Shown here in pieces: positions 47,923-60,560 of a DNA stretch of 64,000 bases. Origin of the DNA: Octopus sinensis (Eukaryota); assembly GCF_006345805.1 (NCBI RefSeq), contig NC_042997.1, positions 79,670,001 to 79,734,000 of the forward strand, in the 5' to 3' direction. Within the stretch, counting starts at the first letter, position 1. Each line of letters starts with the position of its first letter. The translations under genes were made by a program, and so were the position numbers. The notes under the pieces were generated by a model. The model saw nothing but the letters and a program-made list of their open reading frames with translations. It was not told the DNA's origin and made no database searches.

Positions 47923-47982
<60 letters not shown>

Positions 47983-48010
47983 CATCATCATCATCATTAT
48001 TATTATTATT
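47888..48010. repeat. (TTA)n/(TCA)n microsatellite between Dong copies
   Basis: Direct reading. Confidence 0.95.
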
Positions 48011-48770
48011 TCTTTTTAGAAAGAGAGTTTTCATTTCTCAAGACATTGATTTTTTAAAAGTGTTTTACGTAGGATGTGTGCAGTGCATAGTAGTGCAATT
48101 TTCTGTATGTTATATGTGTTTGTAAGTCCTGGTGTTTTTGTTATGTATCTGTCTGAATGTTTTTATCATACCTAATGCACCTACTATGATAGGAATTGTT
48201 TCTGTAACTTATAACTGAAACGGTAAGAGTGTTGATACCTATTATCCTGTTTTTTGCATTGAGCTCTGTTTTAAGTTTTAATCTAACTCGTCTATAGTAT
48301 TTCTTTATGACTTCTCTTTCATTTTTGTGTGTGTTGTATCGTATCTAGTTTATTGATTCCGAAGTATTTATATGTCTGACTTTGGTCTAATTCTCTTATT
48401 TCATTTGCGTTATCTAGTGTGATGTTGCTAGTCTTAACTAGTTTTCCTCTTTTCAAGATAGCTTTGGTACATTTTTCTAAGTCAAATTTCATGTTTATTT
48501 CTTTGGTAAATCCATGTACTTTCTGTAGTAATGTTTCCAGCTGTTTATCATTTATAGCGTAGTTTTAGATCATCCAAGAGATGGTTGACTGTTTTGCCGT
48601 AACAGTTGTATCCACATCCAGTTCTGTTTAGCATGTCAGATAAAGGTGTCAGTACCAAGTAGAAAAGGAGTGGAGAGAACGTGTCTCCCTGGAATATTCC
48701 TCTTCTAATGGGGAAGGACCTTGGTTTTTATGAGTCCCTCTTTTGTTTGGGGATGTAGCACTGTCTACCA
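48011..48770 (-). mobile_element. R4/Dong-type LINE subfamily A, RT joined to the RLE tail by an internal deletion
   Basis: PIRRGIFQGDTFSPLLF..LTPLSDMLN; DDLKL; MKFDLEKC; junction near 48207 joins ..SVISY to TETIPIIVGALG..IQKIALL; (AAT)n tail. Confidence 0.88.
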
Positions 48771-48937
48771 TTTATTCATGGAATGTTTTATATATTTTAT
48801 TATTTTAGGATTATTAGTGCTACCATGTTCATGGCTAGTGTTTATTATTATTATTATTATTTTTTACAGCTCAATACTTGACTTTTATTTTTTTACAGCT
48901 CAATATCCATAATGTTATTATTATTATTATTATTATT

Positions 48938-48976
<39 letters not shown>

Positions 48977-49070
48977 TTTTTTATTATTTCATTATTATAT
49001 GTAAACCCCCACACTTTATATATGTTTCTGTATTGTCTCCCCCATCCTTCGTCCTTGTGGCAAATAAATG

Positions 49071-49113
<43 letters not shown>

Positions 49114-49115
49114 TA

Positions 49116-49171
<56 letters not shown>

Positions 49172-49414
49172 CCAATATCGTGATGTTGATTGAAGATTTT
49201 GCATCTACCAAGGATTTTGCACTATCTGTCAAGTCACAAGGATTGAGAGTACTTTACGCAATATGCGTGCAGTTCCAAGTAATGCCGATTTTTACAATAC
49301 ACCTAGGTTGTAGAGTATTTCTAAAGTTTTCAGATGTCTCTTCAGCTTGGGTGGTATTGAACCCAAAGCTCCGATGATCCGAAATATATTCGATATACAA
49401 TATTGATGTGTTAA

Positions 49415-49453
<39 letters not shown>

Positions 49454-49457
<4 letters not shown>

Positions 49458-49764
49458 GTGAAATAGAAAGATGAATAATCTTGTAGTAGATTAATCAACA
49501 GTTTAACCGATACCTTAGTAGCAAAAATCACAGCAGTAAACAGCACGGTTGGAGGTACAACCATCTGGCGTTGCAACCGTGCGTTGGTGCGGATAATTGA
49601 AATTAAAACATTATTGGTGAATTGAAGAAATGGAGCTGAACGCAGATTGAACAGAAATCGTTTTATTTCATTCTACACGTGCCTTTCGAAACACGTGTAG
49701 AATGAAATAAAACGATTTCTGTTCAATCTGCGTTCAGCTCCATTTCTTCAATTCACCAATAATG

Positions 49765-49766
<2 letters not shown>
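49454..49766. mobile_element. Penelope-like terminal-repeat fragment in inverted configuration, set in (TA)n
   Basis: Perfect 75-bp arms 49607-49681 and 49692-49766 with a 10-nt loop; tcGAAA-CACGTGTA-gaatgaaataaa is a hammerhead 3' half followed by AATAAA. Confidence 0.7.
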
Positions 49767-49823
<57 letters not shown>

Positions 49824-50289
49824 GTTATTAAAACCTGCTAATGGCACTTGTTTTTCGCTGTCTTAACATAAATAATATTCACATCGCTCAAAACCGTGAA
49901 TATTTTCCGTTTTCTTTTTTTATTATGATTTTTATTTTCTACAGCTCAGTATCTATAATGTTTATTTCTCATAATCTAATATTCTCGCAAATATTTAGTC
50001 TTGCAATTTCCAGCATTTCCTCGTCGTTGTTTTAAAATAAATTTAGAATTTTGTCAATATGTGAAAAATACATCGACTGTCAAAATTATCTTAGTAAAAT
50101 GAGTAACTTTATCAAAAATGTCGCTGACTGTCAGTGAAGCGGAAATTCCAAAGTGGCATCAGATATTACATGCAGTTTATGACCAAAATAGCATTTTCAT
50201 GCCAAATAAAAATTTAATATATCGAAGCTTTAAGCTACTTGACTATAGTTATAGAAATCCTGATATATAAATATACACACACACATGTA

Positions 50290-50306
50290 TGTGTATATAT
50301 ATTATA

Positions 50307-50355
<49 letters not shown>

Positions 50356-50450
50356 ATATATATATACATATTATAATATATATATATGTGTGTGTGTGTA
50401 TGTATATATGCATATATATGTGTAATGTATATGTATTTTCTCTCTCTCTT

Positions 50451-50547
<97 letters not shown>
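50290..50547. repeat. (TA)n/(TG)n/(TCTA)n compound microsatellite
   Basis: Direct reading. Confidence 0.95.
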
Positions 50548-50570
50548 AATCAATCGAATTCCTGCTTCAA

Positions 50571-51537
50571 TTGGATGAAGCAGCAAGAGAGAAGATACCC
50601 ACCGCTATAGAACTGCCAGGAGGCTACAAACTCTATATAGTGGTAGAGGGCAGGCGACCACGCTGCTATTTGTGTGGAAGCGAAACACACTTGAAAAAGA
50701 CGTGCCCAACCACTGCACACCAAGAGCAACAACAACAACCACTACCACAACCAAAGCACTCCGGAAAAAAAGCTCTACTACCCACACCACCATCAACACA
50801 GAAGACGACAAGAGAAGCACACCAAGCTAATCCGTCATCAACCAAACCACTCGACACCTGGAAAAAATACCAACACTACCATCAACAGCAAAACCCAAAG
50901 GAACAGAAAAACAAAGAAAACACACACAAACTGATCCCCCACCCCTTATACCGCACTCAACACACACAAACACTCAACAACCAACAACAACGAAAACAAC
51001 AACACACAACCACTTACACAGACATACATAGAAGCCCACAACATACCCCTACCCCCTTCTGATTCCTCAGAAATTTCGTCGGAAGACGAAACCAGTGAGG
51101 AATGGCAATAGCTACAAAAAGAAGGAAAATAAAGAGCAGAAACACAACCAAACCAAATGCAAACACGAACAAAGCAGGGGGAAATACATCTCCCGAAGAC
51201 ATTTCAAAACCCAACGCAAACAACAGCCACACCAACACCACAAAAACATATACAGCAAACATGCTCACAGCCATAGACACCAAAAACACAAATTTGATGG
51301 AATACATCCAATCAAAAACAAACATAACAGAAGATGACATAAAAACAAACAACCACCCATACACAACACCACCAGACCACATCAAAATAATACACATCTC
51401 CAAAAGTCTGCACCACACACTCAAAGGCATTTTCCCCAGTGCGGTTGGTAAATGCCAAAAATATCACAAAGAAACTGTACTGGGATCTTCTCGAGGACAA
51501 ACCAACGGAGGAGAAAGCAAAAACTTTCGAGCAGTAA
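50571..51537 (+). pseudogene. ORF1 C-terminal part (CCHC zinc knuckle plus Q/T/K-rich region), frameshifted
   Basis: IVVEGRRPRCYLCGSETHLKKTCP (C-x2-C-x4-H-x4-C); ends ..LYWDLLEDKPTEEKAKTFEQ* after frame repair. Confidence 0.75.
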
Positions 51538-51568
51538 GTAACCCTCTGTATTCTAATTCATTAGAACT

Positions 51569-54500
51569 ATGATCAAGATTGGTTGTGTAAATGCGCGTGG
51601 CTTAGGGTCCCCTTGGAAACAAGGGTACCTCTTAAATGACATAAAGTCACATAAGTTAGAAATCATAGCCATAAGCGAGACCAGACTCCACAATCCGCGG
51701 GCCCTAAAGACCATGTTTGGCGGACAGTTCAACATTTATTTTTCCCCCTGTCTGCCGAGAATGGGCGGTAGTGGCACCGCGGTACTTTTTCACAAGAGTC
51801 TGGATCTCAATGTAAGGACAATATTCGTAGACCGGAGGGTAGACTGGTCGTCCTGGATGTCGACGGCAGCAATGGGTGCGCTTTTCGGCTCGTATCAGTT
51901 TACGCACCGCCCTTAACAGGTCGGGCGGATTTCTTTCAACGTCTAGAAGTTTTCTTGGGAACGTCTCGTCCTTTACTCTTAGTGGGGGATTGGAATGCTA
52001 CCTTGGACACGCATGTAGACTACGTGGGTAGAGATAGGAATAGACGGGGATGCAAATGCCTGAGACCTGCTCAGACGCTTTCAACTGTCTGACAGGTTTC
52101 GACTAGACCACCCGAATGCGCCAACGTGGACATGGAGCAACCGCATCGGGTCGTCGAGATCGTATCTAGATAGGATACTGTGTAGGACAGTAGATAGAGA
52201 TAGCATAGGATGTCCACAATTCCACATAGTCAGCTACACGGATCACAAACTTGTGACATGTACGCTAGACTTAGGTAAGACACTTAGGCAGGGTCCCGGA
52301 TACTGGAAACTAAACGCGTCTTTCCCATCGAGACAAGTTTTCAGAGACCGGATTAGCACACTAGTAAAGAGGGCTTTGACGGGAGCCATCATCAACAACA
52401 AATGGTGGTTTGCCCTCAAGAGAGCAGTAGTAAAGCAGAGAAGCGATTAGGTACAGCAAAGCACTAGCCATAGATAGAAATAGAGTAGAGGGTGAGCTAG
52501 TTAAGAAGCTAGAAGAGGCAATTAGAAGCGGCATCGCATCCGACGTTTTGGCGGCGAGGTTGGCCCTCGACCAACACTTCAACGCCAAACACGAAGGATG
52601 TGCTGTCAGAGCTAGGATGCGTGCTCTAAGGAACGAAGGTGTTGGAGCCGCGAGAGAGGCCCGGGTGGCAGAGGCGCAACAGGGCAACAAAGCCACCATT
52701 CGGTCACTGGTAGATGAACAGGGGCGCGAATTGCTCGAGCCAAGTAAAATGTGTGAGGCCTTTCAGCAGCATTTTGCCCGACTGTTCGGAACGAGTGGAG
52801 GGCAAGAACGTAGGGTGGACTTCAGTGCCTACCTACATAGCCTACCACGACTCTCGACAAGAAAGGCAGGGTGCTGCGAAGGTGCCATCACGGCGGCGGA
52901 AGTGCGGGAAGCGATGGCAGAATGCTCGAGGGACAAATCACCGGGTTTGGATGGTCTACCCTACGAGCTTTACAATTGTATGCCAGACTTGTTTGGAGAT
53001 CTCTTGGCGGCGTGTGTACTGCAACTGGCAGCAAAACGGGAGCATTCCTGGTTTTGTGAGCCGAGGAGCCGTAACACTGCTGAAGAAAGATCTAAACAAG
53101 GGAAATGTAATAGATAACTTTAGGCCCATCACTCTGCTTAATGCAGACTTGAAAATTTTGGCCAAGGTGCTAGCCAAGAGGTTGGCGCTTGTCATCGAGA
53201 AACTGGTCGACAAGGCGCAAACATGCGCCGTGCCAGGCCGGACCATCCATGACAACCTCCATCTGATGCGCTACATCATAGACAGGGTAGTTAACGAACC
53301 TGGCATGGGTGGGGCCCTGATCAACTTGGATCAATCGAAAGCCTTTGATAGGGTAGACCATCGATACTTGGAGGCAGTCCTGAGAGCGGCTGGTTTCGGT
53401 CCCGTCTTCCGCGGCTGGATAGCTGCCTTGTACAGAGGCATCCGTTCGGTAATTCGCGCGTAAAGGACATCTATCGAGACCTTTCGACATTGCACGTTCG
53501 GTCCGTCAGGGATGCCCCCTCTCGGCGCTTCTATACGTATTGACTCTTGAGCCACTACTGCGGAAGCTGGCGACTCTAAGGGGCATCCCGCGAGAATTGG
53601 GATGCGGGACGAGCGTGTCTGCATACGCGGACGACGTCACCGTCATAGTGTCTAGCCACGAGCACATCGAGCTGGTCGGCGAGACACTGAAAAACTACGA
53701 AGCGGTGACAGGAGCGAAAATCAACCGGGAAAAGTCAGTGGGCTTGCGACTAGGCACCTGGAGAAGCAAGCCCATGCCGTCCACCAGCGCCTCCGTCGTG
53801 GGACGCTGGACCGACGGCCCGGTTGAGTTGCTCGGGGTCTGGTTTGGTCCGGACCTCCAAGTGGAGAAGAACTGGAACGAGATAACGAGTAGGGTGGTCA
53901 CTCTCGCCCGGCAATGGGCCGAGAGGAAACTGTCCCTAAAAGGTCGAGCGGAGGTGGCGAACACGTACATCGCGTCCGTCATCTACTACCCTGACGTCGT
54001 ACCTTGTCCCGACCCTACCATCACCAAACTACAACGCATCCTCTTTCGCTTCTTGTGGAAAGGATGCGTCCCGATGGTCAGGCGATCCATTTGCTGTCAA
54101 CACCCGTTAAAAGGAGGGCTGGGCATGCCGTGGTTGATGATGCGCAGACACGCGCTGAGACTGCGACATCTCTGGCTCTATGTAGACGACGGTGAACAGG
54201 TGTGGTCGCCGTTTGTGAGGCACGCGTTCCCGCAGCTCGTCTCCATGACCGAACTGCAGTCGTGGATCAAAAAGAGGCCGAGGAAGGGCGAATGGCACGC
54301 ACCGCGAGTGTCGCGTTGCTCTCAAGCAACTCTGCCGTCCTGGGTCGACCTTAAGTGACTTCAACACAACCAAAGCATTCTATAGGGGTTTAGTGGAGGG
54401 GAGGTACGACGACGAGCTCGGGGCGAACCTGGACGTCGACGAGGAGTACCTGACCCGCCTGTTCGGGACGACTTTCGGGCCAGGGCCCATGGACAACTTC

Positions 54501-55000
54501 CAGAGATCCCTGGCCTGGCAGTGCTACCGAGAAGCGCTACCCGTTCGGGATAAGCTCTACAGACACGGCTCGAGAAACACGGGGCCGACCTGCCCGAGAT
54601 GCGGTCAGAGCGACGAAACCGTTCTGCACGCACTCGTTCAGTGTCCAACAATTTCCGACCTGTGGGCTTATGTCGAACAACTGCTGTCACGTGTGGGACG
54701 AGTCGGTTATCAGCTGAGTCTATCGTCAATATTGTCACGCCTCCTTCCTTCAAACGGGAAGGAAGAGCTATTTTCATCATCCTTGTGGCTATGGCGAAAG
54801 AATGTATCTGGTGGACGCGTCTGAAAGGATTGGAGACAAACACTTTCCTCTCTGGTCAATCTCTCATCAACTTCTTCAAGTACCACTTGAAAAGGAAAGT
54901 GAGAGTAGAGAGGCAAGTTTTGTCTAGCGAATGTTTTAAAAAAGATGGGTGAATGTAGCAAGAATGGCACGTATAAATGACGAAGCCACCTTGAGCATAG
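51569..55000 (+). pseudogene. ORF2 (APE endonuclease, reverse transcriptase, zf-RVT), about eight frameshifts
   Basis: IGCVNARGL; ISETR; VYAP; VGDWN; SYLDRI; YTDHKLV; YWKLN; KSPGLDGLPYE; NFRPITLLNADLKILAKVLAKRL; LDQSKAFDRVDH; RQGCPLS; YADDV; TCPRCGQSDETVLHALVQCP. The 3' boundary is approximate. Confidence 0.95.
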
Positions 55001-58000
55001 TCTATGAACCCAGAAATCGAAAACAGAGAGTTGCTTATTTGCAAAAAAAAAAAAAAAAAAGAAATATAAAATGTGACTTCATTGACCGAGGTTACCGTGG
55101 TCTTTTCCGCAGGCTTTTCTTTCCACGGGTAAACCTCACCTGTCCTCCCCTTTACACTTCATATTGACATTTCTGTGATAACGATCCCTATTGATCATTT
55201 TTTTCCTCTCCCCCCCCCCTTTTTTTTTTTAACCCCCCCCCCTTATATATATATATATATATATATACATGGTATTTTATCAAGTGCTATATCGTTTCTG
55301 TCGTCCACTGTCCTTATTACAAATACTCTTAAGGATTATGTTGTGTCCGGGGAGAGTCATACTGCCTTAATATCTAACGCACTTACCGGTTCAATTTCCA
55401 CACATTTATTACTTATATTTTTTCTTTTTCAAAATTTTCGTTGCTTTTGCAACCTTGTCAATGGATTAATTTCATCAGAAATCATCATTAGCAACTAATT
55501 TAAGTGTTTCTGGCAATGAGCTATTCCAGGTTGTATACGCTATCTTTATGATATAAGGGTCTTGAAAATATTCTATTAACTTTTTATTCATTTGAGTGAT
55601 TTGCGACTGTCTCTATAAAAGTATGCTGGGTCGATTATTCAGTCTCCAGTCTTATCTGTAAATATTTATGTTATTTCACTAACAAAATACGAATGCCATA
55701 CGATATTATACTCTTTATAAATCTTACACTGAGACTATCCATGGAAGGAACCTAAATAGAAAGTATCACTACTTTGCAACTATATAGACGAGAATTTACA
55801 TTCTATAAAACCTTATTTAAGAAATGGAATATTCTTAGAAAATTAATGAATTTCAAACACTGGTATACTTTTATCCGAATCGAAAAGAAATCCTACATGA
55901 GTATTCAAACTATTACATGCAGATTCACTCAAATATCAAAGCCTAATAAACTCGCCCTGGGATTTTCTACTCTCGGTGAAAATATAAACTAAATTATTAA
56001 TCTGTTTTAAGTGGACCTTTTGAGAGAACTATTTGGAGAGAAGTTTTTTCCGTTGATTTGTTCTGGATTTTTACAAACTATTCTATTAGGTTGCATTTCC
56101 TTAGAATCCTGATGAAATTTAAGTTCAGACTCAAGACACTGCGTGCTTTATTGATATACTTCTCCAGATATCTTTCTCAATATCGCATTTCAAAGGGAAA
56201 TTTTAGTTCTTTTCTTGCAGTTTGAAGATACTTTAATTATTTTTCTAGGAAAATATATAGTTCTTGTATGAAATTTGATTATAATTGTTTGGCACATGAC
56301 CCACTGGATTAGGTACGTACCAGTGAACACATATTCACGTCTACATATGGGTCAAGTGAGTTTGATAGATCTAAATTCTCATCATATTATACCCCAAAAT
56401 GGAATTAAACAGAACTAAAGGCTAACGAAACACTTGTTAATTTTATTGTTGACACATCTACATTTTAACAAGTAAATATATTTTGATAAAATTGACACAT
56501 TAAAAAAAAATTCATATACTAAATAACTCCCGAGATGGCGAATGTACATTGCACTAGTAACTATATACTATCTTACAAACTTATAGGAAAACAGAAAAGG
56601 ATTTTTAACAATTCGTAAGAATAATTAGAATACTTGTCAACGTATTGCATTCATCTATATTACTCTTTAAAATAGTCGATTAGCTTTAAAAACATGTTTT
56701 TGTGAGATCATATCAATAACGAGAAAGTCTCTAGCTTCTTTGTCGACCTGCAAGTAATAGGAGTAAAATCTCCCACAATCATAAAAAAGGACGAACATAT
56801 TGAATAATTATGGAACAATATCAGTTTTTATGTTTGTGTATTCATTTAATGAAGATTTTTTAAAGAAGTCACCGTTATGTATTGTATGGTGATATGTTGT
56901 ATCTCCGCATCATTCAACCTCATAAAGATCTGTGTATCATCAGTTACCTCAGTTTATCTCCTTTCCTTACCAAAAATATTCAATCTTTATGTTCCTACAT
57001 GGCTATATCCTAATCTATAGAAATACACGATGGTGAGTCCTATTCCCCTGAACTAAGGGGATCATTTCAAATATTTTTCAGATGATAAAATAAAAATGTG
57101 TAAAATAACATTTCTTTATATAGAGATCTTTTTCTCTTCTCAGTGACTTCTGCTACAGTTTATGTAAAACCAGATTTATTGTACATTTGCTCCTGTGACT
57201 TACATATTGCAGGTTTCTTGCCCTAAAGAACTTTGACTAAACAAAGTTGATCTTCTTGATACCAGCAAAACTTTTTATTCTATCGGACATGAGAACATCC
57301 TGAGATTGCTGCCAAAAGTCTCATCCATTCCTTCATCTTTTATCTCATAAGTCAGTTCGCATCATCGCTTGACCTTGTCTGGTGTATCACGTCTCTTTTG
57401 TACATTAATCATATGTATATGTACACATACATGGTTACACCTAACCGCATACATTTTTATGCAGGTTATGTCTAGTATATACCCCTTTCATTTTTCAGTA
57501 TAAGTGTCTGCTACACGCTACATAGAAATTTAGCATTAGATATGAACGGCTTCTGGAAACAGACCTCAAAAATATATTTTAATTGCGGTCTTACAAACTA
57601 ATCTCTGTCAGCAATCCCAGTTCGCAATTGCTACACATTTCAAGAAATCAGTATTTCACTTCATCCTTCCTACGCCTGAACAACACCCATAGTTGTGACC
57701 GTACAATGTAACATTTTCGAATCTACATCCCAAAGATTAATCGTTTTTTTTTTGTTTTTTGGGGGGGGGTTTGTTTTTTGTTGCCAGAACACACTTTAGT
57801 CGTTGACCATCTACAATGCTCAAATGAGCCTTGCACTGTTTGGGGAAGCACAGATTCTATACAGAGTCGTTCTACGCTGCATCCAAATAACGGCATTCAG
57901 TAAAGCCAATGATTTATAGATGCTCTATTTCTTCCGGATTTGTTTTCCACTGCCGCTACAGTGGTCTCTGCTTCTCTGAATTAGTAATTTGTATAAAACC

Positions 58001-58700
58001 TACATCCTGTTTAGTTTGTTTCATGTATACTATCCGTTTCTCCTTTACTCATCTCTCTACTATGTCTCACCCTCCTGCATTTCTCCAATTATTTCTCTCC
58101 AAAGCTTCTTCCACGAAATTCTATTGCTACCCAAGTTTTCTTACATGTACCAACCTACAGAAAACGAGATTTTGCATTACTAGATTACAGTTTTGTACGT
58201 CTGTTTCGAATACCGACAGTAATTATTGTGCTCGCACTGTAAACTCTGACTCACCATGTACGTGGTTTTTGACATGTATTGGTCCTCTTTTCCCTATTAA
58301 ACGAAGCAAGTTCACTGAAAATTTACGTAACCTATTTTCTGTCGATATGAAACCTATCATACGTGCCATCTCACACGCGTCATTCTTTTGGCTCAAAATC
58401 AACACTGTGCCTGTATATACTGCAGCTACTTGTATATAAATAGTTAATCTAAGGTAAAGATAGCCAGTATCGAAAATACACATACATATTCACTGACAAA
58501 ACGTTAACGTCACAGTCACCCACACTTATGAACGTAGTGTTTTGCATAAAATAATTCATTTGACAGTCTAATAAATTATTTAGACTCTACTCATGAATTA
58601 ACTACTATATTTTTGCTTTCTTTTTTTCAATTTTATGTAAAACGTTAACTTCAAATGTGCATGTGGGGTGTTGTGAGTGTGTATATGTGTGTGTACATAT

Positions 58701-58750
<50 letters not shown>

Positions 58751-58799
58751 CATGTATGTATGTATGTATGTATATATGTATGTATGTATATATAATTAC

Positions 58800-59205
58800 A
58801 TTCTTTCATTTGTTCCAGTCATTTGACTGCGACCATAACGTAGCAAATCAACCCAGGGACTTACTCTTTCAAAGTCTAGTATTTATTCTATTGGTCTTTT
58901 TTCCCGAACCGTTAATTTACAGGGACGTAAACACACCAACATCGGTTGTCAAGCGATGGTGGTGGGACAAACACAAAGGCGGCGAGCTGGCAGAAACGTT
59001 AGCAGGCCGGGCGAAATGCGTAGCCATGTTTCGTCTGTCGTTACGTTGTGAGTTCAAATTCCGCCGAGGTCGACTTTGCCTTTCATCCTTTCGGGGTCGA
59101 TAAATAAAATACCAGTTACGCACTGGGGTCGATGTAATCGACTTAATCCGTTTGTCTGTCCTTGTTTGTCCCCTCTATGTTTAACCCCTTGTGGGCAATA
59201 AAGAA

Positions 59206-59207
<2 letters not shown>
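58800..59207. mobile_element. SINE family A 3' part (minus, 58800-58977) fused to full-length SINE family B (plus, 58978-59207)
   Basis: B copy ggcggcgagctggcagaaacgttagc...gagttcaaattccgccgagg...gggcaataaagaaa; A fragment gttccagtcatttgactgcgaccat. Confidence 0.88.
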
Positions 59208-59238
<31 letters not shown>

Positions 59239-59297
59239 ATTGTATGCGTGTATGTATATATATATATATTATATATATATATAATATATATAATTTA

Positions 59298-59402
59298 GAG
59301 GACTGACCACTAAAAGTGGACAGCCTGTATGCTAGATATAGACGTCAAAATTGCCATTTTCCACGAAGAATGTGTTCTCAACTTATCTTGTGGTCAGTCC
59401 TC
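59298..59402. mobile_element. 105-bp mini-MITE
   Basis: 13-bp perfect TIRs gaggactgaccac / gtggtcagtcctc. Confidence 0.6.
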
Positions 59403-59502
59403 AAAAGTTTGCATATAAAAAAAAAGTTTTAATCTTCGGATTTTTTAAAAAATATGCTAGGCTACTGGTTTTAATTGATTAATATCAATTTCTACCCTTT
59501 TT

Positions 59503-59580
<78 letters not shown>

Positions 59581-59999
59581 CATACATACATACATACACA
59601 TACATATATATACATGTGCGTCTGCTCACATTTTTGCTAATCCTTGTATGAGCGTGTGTACTTGTGTTATGCAGCTTGCCCGAAGGCGTTCATACATCCA
59701 TATCTGTTAACGGTTATTTTCAATACTTTTCTCGATGTATTACGTGTTTGTTTCTCTTTTTGTCATTTGCAATTATATTTATGATCTTCTTTATATATGA
59801 AGATTTTTCCTCCGTCTGGTTGTTTTTCTCTCTACAAAACGGAAAGTTACATTGTGAAACAGTCATTTTAACGAGTTCTTTTTATTTATTTATCACCCGA
59901 AGTGAAAACACCTGTCCGTGTTCAGATTGACCTTGCACAGAGGCCATCCGGATTCCCGTTTGCGCCGTGAACAGGGATTAATCTTCTCTCTTCGCTCCT

Positions 60000-60560
60000 T
60001 TGTGCCACATGGGCTCAACTCTTCTCCCCTCTTCATCTAACCTCCTCTCCTTGCCTCTCTCCCCTCCCTCCTACTTCCTCCCACCTACCTCTCCTCTCTT
60101 GCTCCGACTCCTACTTCTCTTCACCCCTACTCTCTTTCTCCCTTCTCTCTTACTTTCTTTCTCTCTTCTCTCATACCCACCTTCCCCTTCCCCCTTCATC
60201 GTCAACCCTCCCCCATAAGCCCACCCCACTGCAACACATTCCTACCCTACCTTCCCTATCTTTCCCATCCCATCCCTTACACCCTCTTCCACATACCCCA
60301 CATCTACCCCTACCCTCTGCCTACCCACAAACCCCACCTCTACCCCCACCCTCTGCTTATCCACATACCCCAACTCTACCCCAACCTTCAGCCTAACCCA
60401 CACCCCACCTCTGCTTTCCTAACTCTCGCCTCCCCCACCTCCCAACAACATCACACCACACTACACTACACCATACCACACATCCCATCATAACACACCA
60501 CCCACACACCAGCACTGACCAATTCCCATCCCCACATTTTCACACCTACACATACACACG
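60000..60560. repeat. C-rich low-complexity tract (G-rich on minus)
   Basis: Repeated ctacccc/cccaccctctg-type units; almost no G on plus. Confidence 0.85.

Larger units (their letters stand above)
50548..55245 (+). mobile_element. Tx1/L1-clade non-LTR retrotransposon, near full length, 5'-truncated in ORF1
   Basis: ORF1 CCHC knuckle, ORF2 with APE, RT and C-terminal zinc finger, pyrimidine-rich 3' UTR; bounded by microsatellites on both sides. Confidence 0.95.

Noticed and set aside
51560-51575. ATGA stop/start overlap suggesting ORF1-ORF2 translational coupling
   Set aside because: The overlapping frame arises from a frameshift; the repaired ORF1 appears to stop near 51537, about 30 bp upstream.
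55270-57450. Possible hAT/MULE transposase relics on minus
   Set aside because: Only vague motif resemblance across many stops; not assignable without a profile search.
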